Assembly (NCBI GenBank): GCA_051294905.1
Contig: CM119377.1
Span: 8,060,001-8,124,000 of the forward strand
From: Botryllus schlosseri
Lineage: Eukaryota
Direction: 5' to 3'
Length of the DNA: 64,000 nt
The notes under the pieces are model-generated. The model was not told where the DNA came from. It made no database searches and was given only the letters and a program-made list of their open reading frames with translations. Position 1 is the stretch's first letter, and every line of letters begins with the position of its first letter. Below are positions 13,101 through 25,100 of this stretch, in pieces. The translations under genes and the position numbers were made by a program.

Positions 13101-16100
13101 TGTAATTTACACCGGCACACATCACCGGACTACTTTTTTCTACTCGCAGTACAAACTATGCTGTAATTTACACCGGCACACATCACCGGACTACTTCTAT
13201 TTACTCGCAGTACAAAATATGCTGTAATTTACACCGGCACACATCACCGGACTACTTTTTTCTACTCGCAGTACAAACTATGCTGTAATTTACACCGGCA
13301 CACATCACCGGACTACTTCTATTTACTCGCAGTACAAAATATGCTGTAATTTACACCGGCACACATCACCGGACTACTTTTTTCTACTCGCAGTACAAAC
13401 TATGCTGTAATTTACACCGGCACACATCACCGGACTACTTCTATTTACTCGCAGTACAAAATATGCTGTAATTTACACCGGCACACATCACCGGACTACT
13501 TTTTTCTACTCGCAGTACAAACTATGCTGTAATTTACACCGGCACACATCACCGGACTACTTCTATTTACTCGCAGTACAAAATATGCTGTAATTTACAC
13601 CGGCACACATCACCGGACTACTTCTATTTACTCGCAGTACAAAATATGCTGTAATTTACACCGGCACACATCACCGGACTACTTTTTTCTACTCGCAGTA
13701 CAAACTATGCTGTAATTTACACCGGCACACATCACCGGACTACTTCTATTTACTCGCAGTACAAAATCTGCTGTAATTTACACCGGCACACATCACCGGA
13801 CTACTTCCATTTACTCGCAGTACAAAATATGCTGTAATTTACACCGGCACACATCACCAGACTACTTCCATTTACTCGCAGTACAAACTATGCTGTAATT
13901 TACACCGGCACACATCACCGGACTACTTCTATTTACTCGCAGTACAAACTATGTACTTCTATACCCACATTAATACTATTTAGTAATTTACCTGACACGG
14001 AAGCGTTTTTAAAGGAAGCAGGACGTTGTCTGAGAAGTCTGAGCGCTCTCAATTTCTGAGACAGTTTCGTGTTGATATTTTTCTAGAAAAATAATGAGAT
14101 GATCAGTGAAAATGAATTCAGACCAATGAGACCAGTTTACTTTACCCAGGGGGGGTTTTGTAAGGTAGATCCTGAGCACGGATACTTCTCCACCAGTGCC
14201 TTCCCAAACTTTCGATACGATGACTTATTGGTCATATCACCATTGTTAAGGATGTGATTTGCACACTGCTCCACTACCAGGTTGATGACTTCATAAGCTG
14301 TACGTTGCTTCAGCGCTAGTTCAACTTTCACACTGAATTACGGCAAGGGCATCGGAGGATCGAGGTGCTTGATACTGCATGGTGGCTGATGAAAAATCGA
14401 TGAAAATATGAGTTGGTGTCCTACTAGAATAATGTGGATATTTACCATATCATCCACAAGGAGATCTGTCGAGTTGTCGTCTTCTTGAGGAAGTGTGGAC
14501 TGCTGAGGCATTCAGGTTAGCTAAATTCATTGCAAAATTTTATCAAATACTTACCGGCATAGCTGCTTCTGAAGAAGCTAAATCACAACGGACTGACGGC
14601 TCTACGGGCACGGTGGTATCTAAATCGTCATTGACGGACGGCTCTACCGGCATGGTGGTATCTAAATCCTCATTAACTGACGCTTCTCCCGGCAAAGTGG
14701 TATCTGATTCAGCGATCGAGGCTGATCTATCGGATATATTGTTTAGACATTGATTTGTTGACGACTTTTTCCATAACTGAAACAACAAGACTTAGTTGCA
14801 TGAACACATTTCAGTTGATTAGCTTCTTAGTTCTTGCAGATTCAACAGATGGCGCGTCACACCAATGGTGAATATTTGCTAGAAGTCTTTATCACAAAGC
14901 CCGCAAAAATTATACGAATTGACATCATTCTCTCAAAAAAAATGGAACAGTTTTGAACGTAACATCAATATGACAGATAATCCTTATCGTTACAAGCAGT
15001 ACACATGTCCAACATGCCTCGTCATTACAAACTGCTGATCATCAATAATATTACTGATTTGAGGCCACCGAAATTCATGACCAGAAATGCAGTGCAACCC
15101 ACAGATATTGCTATGCGTAATAACAACTGAATTCATTGTGAAATTGAAAGCACAGACATCCAGTTTATGGTAGTTGCAAAATAATTGATCATTTACATAC
15201 AACAGCTTATCAATACAAATAAATTCTGGTAAGCCATCATCTTTGAGCCGTTCAACAAGGATATCTCCAACTTTGTTCCACTCATAATGACACCACAACA
15301 GAATGTAAATTGACAAGATTCCAAGCTCTTTACTATGTTTGGTACCGGTACGCTGCAATACGGCCGATCAATGCTAACACAGTAGAAAAAAGTATCGCAA
15401 CTTCAATTATTATTGAAAATCTGATACTCATGGCGAAGAGCGTCTCTTAGCTGTTATAACAGATCATATTGCTTAAGCTATGCGTGAGCTATATACAGAT
15501 TAGGATCGTACTTTATATCAGATATCTATATAACAGGGTACATGAATGCTAAAGCTATTTATCTACCTTCCAATTTCTTGATATGGCGCGATGCAACACC
15601 GTTACTCGCCAAGAAAGTTCTGAAATCTGCAGCACGATCAGTTCCTGTCATGTTCCCAGCACGTTGAATCGCAAAAGAGCGAGACGGGGAACGCAGAACT
15701 TACGCAAAGCGGGAAAAAAAGGAAATTTTCCCTATAGCGCCTAGCTTCGTTGGCGGCCATGCGCTGAAAGCTCTCTTTTGTGCTGCTCCTAGCGGATAAT
15801 TTCGCGGTGGCGGGATCTCAAATTTACCGTGTACTACATAGGCCTACTGCTCGCCAATCAGCAACGGTCAAACTGCGTTTACGCATAACCAAACATCAAA
15901 TCGCAAAGTGGTGATTAATTATCCTGCTGCGAGGTACTATGGCGCGTGGAACGTGTTCATAAGCTGATTAACAGCATAGCGGGTGTTCTTACAATCACAC
16001 TTATGTACGTACACGTACAGTCGTACATCGAATATCTATTTACTGTGAATACTTCTTACGCAATGGCTAGCAAAGCTATAGGCTACTTCTGACGTAATAA

Positions 16101-19100
16101 TGAGCAATGGCATTTGAGAATCAGACGTTTGTGCTATCACGTAACTGGTATAACTTCTCTTCCCTGTTCACGAATATTCAGTTCATTTCATAGTCCTTGT
16201 ACAAATAAAAAGTAATCGGTATTTCACAAAGTAATCGATTAGTTATGGGAAGTAGTCGATTACGATTACGATTACTTCGGAATTTTTTCGAATGTAATCG
16301 ATTACGATTACTTGAAAATGCTGTAATCGTCTTAATCGATTACGATTACTAATCGCGATTACCCCATGTCTGAACGTATCAACAACGCTCTATGCACGAG
16401 GGTGCCTATGAGGTTGATATACGCTGTTCTTTTGAATTCTCTACTAGTTGCTGACGATTACCCCTGACGAGTGTCAGCCGAAAATATTAGGGTTCATTTC
16501 AATATGAATATACTATTCAATTGTATATTGAAGTTCTGTACCTCCAAGAAGCTGTTCTCATGATTCAGCAAACCAGGACAAACTGTACATGTACAACACT
16601 GCGTAAAACTCGTACGCAGGATTATTTCCGAAAATGACCCTGACGATTGTCTTCTAGGTAATGGCGTCACTCAACAACCGTACAATAAAGGAATTATGTA
16701 CGCACCATAGTAGAGCAATATATCTTATCCATATTCTGTAATTCGTTGCGTCACTGTACCGTACTAATTGGACACGACCTTCATTTCGCGGCTATGATAA
16801 TTCAACCTATTGCAATCGCAGTATCTTTTATCAGCAGCCTGTCGTTTCATTAAACAACCTGACAACTGACAACTAATAACGCGTTTACGCACCATGATGC
16901 AACAGATATCATCGCACACAATACCTGATATGATTTTATTAATTAATTAATAAATATTAACACAACAACTGATTGAAGACTAGGAACACCTCGAGATCAT
17001 CATTAACCTTTTCCGAGTTTATATGTCCCGATTAAAAGTTTTTAAAATGACGATTAGCATCCTCTCGGTTCAGCTAACATTATAAACTCCACGCAGTTTT
17101 TAATCACGCGATGAGCATTCTCCTGGATCAGCTAACTTCATGATCTCCACCCGGAGACCTTCGTATGGTTCGCAAATTCTCTGAATCTATTGTAATAATA
17201 ATGATCGTGACACAATAAGTCTGTAAATGCTTCACATTGTTGTAGTTGCCTATACAGTGAGATGGTCAAAGTGGTCAGACTTCATACTCAAAATCGAACT
17301 AACTACGTAAATTTCTACTCAATTGTAAGAGTAGCAATTTCGACGTCAAACTTCCTCAAGTGGAATTATGAATTGAAAGGTCCGAAAAACACTCAAATAA
17401 GCAGTTACAAAAAGATATTTAATCGAGGGATCACATACTTTTAGCAGTTACAACTTCGGAAATTGTAAGATGTATCTTGGCGACCAATTCAAAATACTGA
17501 TGACACGAATAGGTAGGATATTCAGAATTATATTCAGGTACCGTGGCGCAGGGAGTATTTCACGTGGTTCCCAAGGCAATGTCACTCTTAAAATTGATTC
17601 AACCTTATCCCAAAACTATGCTTTCTGCTTTTCATAATCCAAACTACAAAAAGTCAGTAGTTTTGCTTTAAGGGCGTTCAAGTAGAAGTGAAACCACTCG
17701 AGTTAACAGTGTAAGTATAGGCAAAACCTACTTGCGCGCACCGAAAAAGTAGAAGTACTTCGTCACTGATCTTAATCCGGGTTGTAACCAAGTCCCAAGG
17801 TCCAAAGCCACGAGTCAATTCTACTTTTATAGTTTTGGCTCTAGTCAAGTCGAGTCATTTTCAAGTCACCACCGAGTCAAGTCAGAGTCCAAGTCAGGAT
17901 TCAAAGGTTCGAGTCCGAGTCACAGTGTTGAGACTCGAGTCCGAGTCCAAGTCATTGTGTTCACCAGAGTTGGATCAATTGTAATTTGTAATTGTAATTG
18001 AATGTAATTAATTACATTTTTCAATGTAATTGTAATTTAATTGTAATTGAAGCATTTTTATTTTGTGTAATTGTAATTGTAATTGTAATTTGACAAAAAT
18101 TTTGCTCAATTACAATTTCAATTACATTAAATTGCTATTGAGACCTGACAAGCACAACATAAAATAATTGACTTATAATACATTCTCTTTAAATGTCGAC
18201 AAGGAATTTGGTGGATCCATTCGCGGAAGCCCTTGACTGCGCCCTTGCGGGCGAAGTTTTTTTATTTTTACCGCTATGCTGGCCTCGGCTGCCATTGTAT
18301 ACATTTTTTTGATTACTAACCAACGGATGGATTCGCATCACGTGACTCACGATTGAATACGCCGAGAAGCGAACTGCTGAGCCGGCTAAAAGCAGCAGAA
18401 TTGATAGTCCCATAGCTGGCGATCCAAGCGTCGAAATTTGATATGTATGGTCCTAGTCGAAAGCTAGTGTCGCACTGATTCCGCAATAAAAGTATATTTC
18501 CAGGCAATGGTACCATCCCAAAATAGTCGTGAAAGTCTGGGAATCGGCATTGTTCTGAACGATCGCTGGGCGTAATTGGTAATTGTTGTGGTCATGCTGC
18601 TGCAGCGCTCTCACTTTTCAGAACAGTCGGCCTTAAACGGCTATTTTGGAGCAGATACATTGCCCTGACGAGATTTTATTTTGTATTTTCGGAATTAGTA
18701 CATCAATAGCTTACGATAAAGACCAGATGCATCAAATTTGGACGCATGGATCGCCAGCTCTAGGACTACAAAGTTTGCTGCTTTTAGCCGGTTCTGTAGT
18801 ACGTTTGTCGGTGCATTCATCCGTGACTCACATCTAGCGCATCTATCCGTGGGTTGGCAATCTACAATACGATTTCAGATCACGATGCTGCATCGTTACT
18901 TCGTCTGGCTAACTAACCAGACCACTGGATATTATATAACGTCTTATCTGACAAAGCACGGTTTTGTTTTTACTCCTCATCCTAATTCCTACGTCCCTCG
19001 ATAAAAATAATATTATTTCTTTAATTATATACTATATACGCAAATCCAACACGTGCATATATTATAATACTTTTTTAACGACATACTGCACCCTATCCTT

Positions 19101-22100
19101 AATCCTAACCCATAGGAAATTAGGTAAATAACATCTTACATTTCCAATTACGTGAGCCATAATTATCGAGCATACAAAACACGCTTATATTACGTCTTAC
19201 GTCACAATGACATCTTACATAGCATACTATGTACGCACATAAACGCATTTATTACTACACAATCTGAACTAGACTTGAATTGTTGTTAAATACGACGCTA
19301 CGGTTGTCAAGGAGCACGGTTGAATTTATGATTATTCAATTACATGTTCAACAGCAGCAATTGTAATTGTAATTGTAATGTAATTGAAGCATGCAAGGAG
19401 TAATTGTAATTGTAATTGTAATTTGATATTTTTAGCATGGAGTAATTGTAATTGTAATGTAATTGAAACATGCATGAAAGTAATTGTAATTGTAATTGTA
19501 ATTGAACTGAAATAATGTAATTGATCCAACTCTGGTGTTCACTGCTCAATTTCGTGTTCAATCCTGTTCAACTCTTTTTTACAACTGTGTTTATGTGAAG
19601 TCGAACGCCTCGTATTCATAATATAGTTCCTTTCCTCACTTTACACATTGAAACCAGTACTGACAGACGAAATACCAACAATGTGGTAGCTTACTATTCT
19701 TCTAAGTTGCAACTATATGCCTGTCTTAGCCGTCCGAGTTTCGAATTATATGACTTGGTCGAGTCTCGCTCATAGACTCGAGTACACTGTAAAAAAAACC
19801 TCGATTTACCGCGAAATGTTTGGAAGCACGGTAGCCAGACATTTCGTGGTAATTTAACATTACCGTTAGTCAATGTAAATTTAACTTACACTCGTCCGAT
19901 AATCTCACTTTACACGCCAGACTGTAATATTACAGTCACCTCCGGTATATCCAATCTACATTTTATCCTGTATATTTGCCACTCAGACTGTAATTTTACC
20001 GCCTACCTACATACATGCTGTCTGTGTAAATCAGGATTACATACCAGCTTGTAAATTCACGTACATCCTATACCTATCGCAAAGCAACCCGATGCTAAAA
20101 TATCGCAAAAGCTTCTTCACACTCCCAAAACGACAGTGGAACAAACTGTATAGTGTATATTCATTCATGATTCACGATGAGAAGATTATCGATCGAAAAG
20201 TATTGCTGCTGGAGGTCTAATTCTTCTTTAGGAGACATGCAGTAACACGGGTGGTCTCCCACCATCGGCCAAACTTCCAATTGTTTCTTTTTCTCGTCCT
20301 CATTCCTTCTGTGTAGGTAGTATCTTGCAGTTCCACTAAAAAGAATTCATGCGTAAGTCGCTATAAGAAGCAAAGTTCCTGACCTAGACATGACATTATA
20401 AAGACTACTAAGACAAATAGGGTAACAAAAATATAACAATTTTTGAAGTACCGGTACTGGTACATTGTGTGGTGACGGCTCCGCCTTTTACATCATATAG
20501 CAGAGATTCATGACTTACTTTATCAAATGCAGCGGGCAAGTTATAAATGATAATTCATCTTCGTGTGGGCCAATTATTATTAGTCATGCACTTTATTGCA
20601 TGCTGTTATTTCTTGACCCCTGATCAGGATTGTCCATCGTATTGGTAGTGGAAACTGGAAACATATTGAAATCGCCCAAATATACCATAAAAAAATTTCT
20701 TTCGTGAGGAGCACACGATTCTGATTCCTGCTCAGATTTAGAAGGGCGCTACTATATTAGAATCGAAAAATTAAGTTATGATGAATTGCGTGAAGCGCGA
20801 AGAAAATCTCAAGAATAATTAAAATCTCTAAAAAAATTGGGAGTGAATTAGTAATTTCAATTTGCATGTCGACGGATGCTAACACATACTAATTGAATTA
20901 GGTGTTGACGGCCGCACAAATTCCCATCTACTGCAGCAGGTTGCCCATCCCTGATCTAATAGTATACATATGGTATGTCTTAACGCCAAGTTTGAATCCG
21001 TATTCCAGTCTTTAACATTTTTGACAAATTTCTCCAAACTCGTTTGAAAATAGCAAAAAAACATTGGACAGGACATCAATTTGTTTCAAGGTAGGTTGCA
21101 CTGAGACTAATCCTAATGCTGGTAGTGACTGCAGAGAACAAGGCGTCGTTCTGTACTGCCATGATCAATTTGATCAGTTTCGGAATTGAATTGAATTAAA
21201 TTGTGTTGATATAGGGTAGCTTAATTGAGGGCGAAACCAAGCAACCTATATTGCATATAAGTCTGTCTTACGCAGTGCAGTTCGCCAGCTATTAACAACA
21301 GCTACCCAGCGCAACGAGCTTTAGGCTACTGCCAAAGCTATGAAGTAATAAATGACTTACACATGGGAATTCCTCTAAATCTTCAAAGAATATCAAAAAT
21401 TTGCTTAAATGAAGTTGAGCGCGACTGCTGGAGTTTGAATTTGGCGAGCTTTCTTGAATACGAAATAAGTTTCATCTTCAACAATCGTCTTCTGAAAATG
21501 GTTGCAAAACACATGTTTAGTCAGAATTCATACAGACTTAGTCAATTTCTCGCGTTCCCCAGGCTGAGAACCACTGATCTTATGTATTGAAGCAAAAGGT
21601 TCCTCATTTGAGGTGGCATGTGTGCCAAATATATCAGCAGTGGATGGAAACATCTCTATGCTATGGCCCAAAAATGACATAAACATGCCAACAGTTTCAA
21701 CTACTCCGCGGCAGAGTATGTGGTGTCACAGGTCAGTATATAGGTCGACTAACATCCCAAAATAGAACAGAGAATGCGGCGAATGAAATATTTCAACTTG
21801 ACTTTAGAGCTAAATTGAGGTAATATTACATATCAAAATGTAAAATTACAAGCTACGCACAGTTATTGGCAGCTACCGGTAATTCGTTGCAAAATTTACA
21901 GAGATTTCCCAGTAAATCTACCAGATTTTTTACAGCGTACAAGTCGAGTGAATACACAAATTGACTCAATTTTAGAAAATGACTCGAGTCAAGTCGAGTG
22001 ACCAAAAATCGCGACTCGAGTCATTACAACCATTCCTTAATCACTACCAGACATGGGGTAATCGCGATTAATAATCGTAATCGATTACGACGATTACAGC

Positions 22101-25100
22101 ATTTTCAAGTAATCGTAATCGCAATCGATTACATTCGAAAAAATCCCGAATTAATCGTAATCGTAATCGACTACTTCCCATATTTAATCGATTTCCTTGT
22201 GAAAGAACGATTACTTTTTATTTCTACAAAGACTGTGACATAAACTGAACACTCGCGAACAAGGAAGAGATATTATACCAATTATTGAGAGCACTATCGT
22301 CTGATTTTCAAATGCCACTGCTCATTATTACGTCAGAGGTAGCCTAATAGCTTTGCTCGTCTTTGCGTAGGAAGTGTCCACACATAGTAAATAGATATTC
22401 GATATACATTAGTGTGATTTTAAGAAAACCCACCGTCCTGTATATCGGTTTATCAATACATTTCAGACGCCTCTACCTCGCATCAGGATAATTAATCATA
22501 ATCACCTTTCTGCCTAAGTTAAAATAGCAACTTTTATATTGATGTTTGGTTATATGTAGGGTTGTATTTAAAACAAAAATCAATTTAAAACACACATGTT
22601 TAAAACATGGCCCTTGTTTAAAACATGTTTTTTATTGTTTTTTTTTTGTTTTTTTTCTACCCATGATATCCCAATGATGACGAATACCTTCTAAAATGAC
22701 GATACAGTGATTATTGCGACTGCACGGCATGGAATGCTCCAAGAAAATTCTTGTATTCAACGAATATTTTATCGAAAAAAAATCACTGAGTGGCTAACAC
22801 GGCACAATGAGCAGCATAGAGCAACAACGGCTTATACTTTTACGACATCATCGTAAATATTGTCCATAAATAAGTTTTGCATCCTGCATCATGGACGGAG
22901 TTATGAAATCGTCCCGCCCTTCAAGTCGACCGAGTATACCATTTACACGACTCAAAAGAGTCGTAGGGTATGTATCGTCATCGTCAGTTTATCTGGGTAC
23001 ATCCTCGGCTTTGCTGATTTCGTCGATAACCTTCTCAGATTCTTCTTCCTCGGCAAGTATTCTATTAAACTTCCTTAATAAGTCTTTCGATTTCTGACAG
23101 TCAGACTCTCCAAGCGAATGGTGACTTTTAATCTTCAGAATCATTTCTAGATTTCCTCAACTTGGCCTATTTCTTGACTTGGTAACGGTGGCAGCTACTG
23201 CTGACTATAGTCGTTCACACGAGGCCACATGCGGTGAGCATGATAGTAAGGTCTTGGCTAACATAGGAATGTTCGGTGCATCCTCATGTACGTCACTCCA
23301 AAAGATCATGGGATTTGCTGTACCGAGAGACAGAATTTTTGGAAATGTTCATTTTCCAAAAAATCCCATGGAACATTACCGCTTATCAGTGCAAGAACCA
23401 AGTGCTCGTAAGCAGAATTAGTAGCAGCCTGATTAAAAGCACCCCCGTAAAACTGATGCAATACTGTTTGAATGCTGCTGCTCCCGACACTCGAGCTGCG
23501 CTCACTTTCATCGTCCTTTTCCAATTGCACTGGACGAGCGATTTTGCATTTGCTGCTAATAGGGGTCCTGGCTGTTACACTCATGAGTATGTTCCGAAGT
23601 ATTTATTCGGTCTGTATAATATCTACCGGCCTATATCTATCGGTCTACCTCATCATGCAGAATTTTTAAGGAGTGGGGCCATCATCATCAAAACATCCAA
23701 TCGGTTCAAGTGATATATAGCCTGCATCTTATAGGCCTAATTGCTGAAGCGGTGACGATGTCGAGGGTTCCATTCCTACCATATTGTATGCGTCGACTAT
23801 TTGGTGTGCAAATCGTTCGAGGGTTCATTCTATATGATTTTCGAAAATATCAAGAAAGGTTACGATATAATTATATAACTTTTGGAAAAAAAACACAATT
23901 TTGTGTTTTTCTAAATGGCATTTGTTTCAAACAATGTTTAAAACATGTTTTAAACTAAGTGTTTTAAACAACCGTTTGTTTTAAATGCAACCCTAGTTAT
24001 ATGCTTAGTTAAACTATAGAATGTAATAGTTAGGTATGGTGTGAACGTGGGGTTCACGTTCGCGTTCTGTGAGTGAACCTCGGAAATTTAGAGGTTCGCG
24101 TTCACAACAGAACCTTCGAACCTTTTTCATATATTACAATTTCCACTTCATTATAACATCTTTCGTTCAAATTTATTGCATTTCAACTGCGGGCCACTCT
24201 ATGCATGGCGCTGGCAGTATAAAAAATCAACACTAAACGAGCATGCACCTTGACAATCTCAAAAGTTTTATTTGTGTTTTTACAAAAGTTTGCTCGAAAT
24301 ATCCAGCTTGGCCCGCAGTCACACAACATCACGAGCGAAATGCGTAGTCAGCGAATGATGTGTAACCGAACGGCTACAGATGCATATTCAACCAATCAAT
24401 GAGATTGGTATCGTTTTTTGACGTATAGCAGGCGTACGGGGTCAATCTTGACTTCATATTTTACTGTATTATTAAAACAAAATCAGTGCCATTGAGGAGT
24501 TGGCTACTGCTGTATAACTTGTTAATGGGGTAATGTTGGCAGCAAGTATAGAAACCCGTTTTACACTCTGCTCAATATCAATGTAGCAATACTCAGACGC
24601 TGAATACATTGTCCGGTCTGGCCTAGACCGTTAAGGATTAAGCTTATATTCCCTGGTAAATCCTCGTCGAAATTGTTGGCTAAGCGACGGAACATATTGA
24701 TTTTATGAGATTGTTATATCCTTTGATTGCCTCAGTTGATGATACATTTAGCGACGTTTAAAACGCCAATATGTACTTCAGCATCGTAGCATTATATGGC
24801 CCAAGTCGTCTCTAGTTATCGTGTACAGTGTATGTACTGTACACACTGTGTCACATTAATATAGGCTATCACTTCATCGGAAGATGCGATTGGAATTATA
24901 GCAATATGACGTTACGTGACGTCATGAGGTTCACGTTCGCGTTCACACAGAACCTTTCAAAAAGGTTCGAGTTCACACGAACCTGAACCTTTCAGAGGTT
25001 CACACCATCCCTAGTAACAAGGAAATGTCCCATCTTTTTTAAAGACAGTAGTTGTATCATTGGGCCTCTCCAGCGCAATCCATGTATTGTCTTCCAATAT

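Larger units (their letters stand above)
10266..14788 (-). pseudogene. Spliced accessory ORF of the CACTA element (SAMD3-like C-terminal type), decayed
   Basis: Exonic pieces: SSYRKFGKALVEKYPC (14137-14331), LFKQLYGHRHAQL..PLNEILQPFPTL (11325-11550) and MACYYAWDLSYPKDFQLLAFVQHVVIGD (10266-10532). GT-AG introns are visible. In-frame TAA at 14338-14340 (PPMPLP*FSVKVEL). Three 42 bp repeats at ~14590-14715. Confidence 0.6.
9670..15831 (-). mobile_element. CACTA/EnSpm (CMC)-type deletion derivative
   Basis: Ends CACTGTAAGTTT and reverse-complement CACGGTAAATTT (10/12 match), with TA on both flanks. Contains a transposase C-terminal remnant and a spliced second ORF typical of animal EnSpm-like elements. 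The left boundary is less certain. Confidence 0.7.
8017..16372. mobile_element. Non-autonomous hAT element (GATTAC subterminal repeats), copy 1
   Basis: 12 bp TIR CAGACATGGGGT. Perfect 8 bp TSD AACGTATC at 8009-8016 and 16373-16380. Confidence 0.92.
7150..16557 (-). mobile_element. 5'-truncated Penelope-like retroelement with inverted terminal (pseudo-LTR) repeat, split by a hAT insertion
   Basis: Frameshifted GIY-YIG remnant (VYEFKCHCDCGYVGRTSKRL...HLCALESTFIKIHQPRLCQQKEF) at ~7314-7740. The RT-thumb frame LIGTLVHRALLI-RSGNKRNSELDNIRKILLNNGYPEHVI reads continuously across the hAT insertion site (16373+ joined to 8008-). ~110 bp inverted repeats at ~7148-7259 and ~16412-16522. 10 bp direct repeat TCATGATTCA at 7140-7149 and 16558-16567. 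Confidence 0.88.
17778..22034. mobile_element. Old MITE with GAGTC/GACTC repeats, split by two later insertions
   Basis: Imperfect ends GGTTGTAAC / ATTACAACC. 7/8 TSD TCTTAATC (17770-17777) / CCTTAATC (22035-22042). GACTCGAGTC repeats continue across both insertions. Confidence 0.65.

Noticed and set aside
11568-13953. CRISPR array
   Set aside because: Head-to-tail 61 bp units with no unique spacers, no cas genes, and a eukaryotic intron context.
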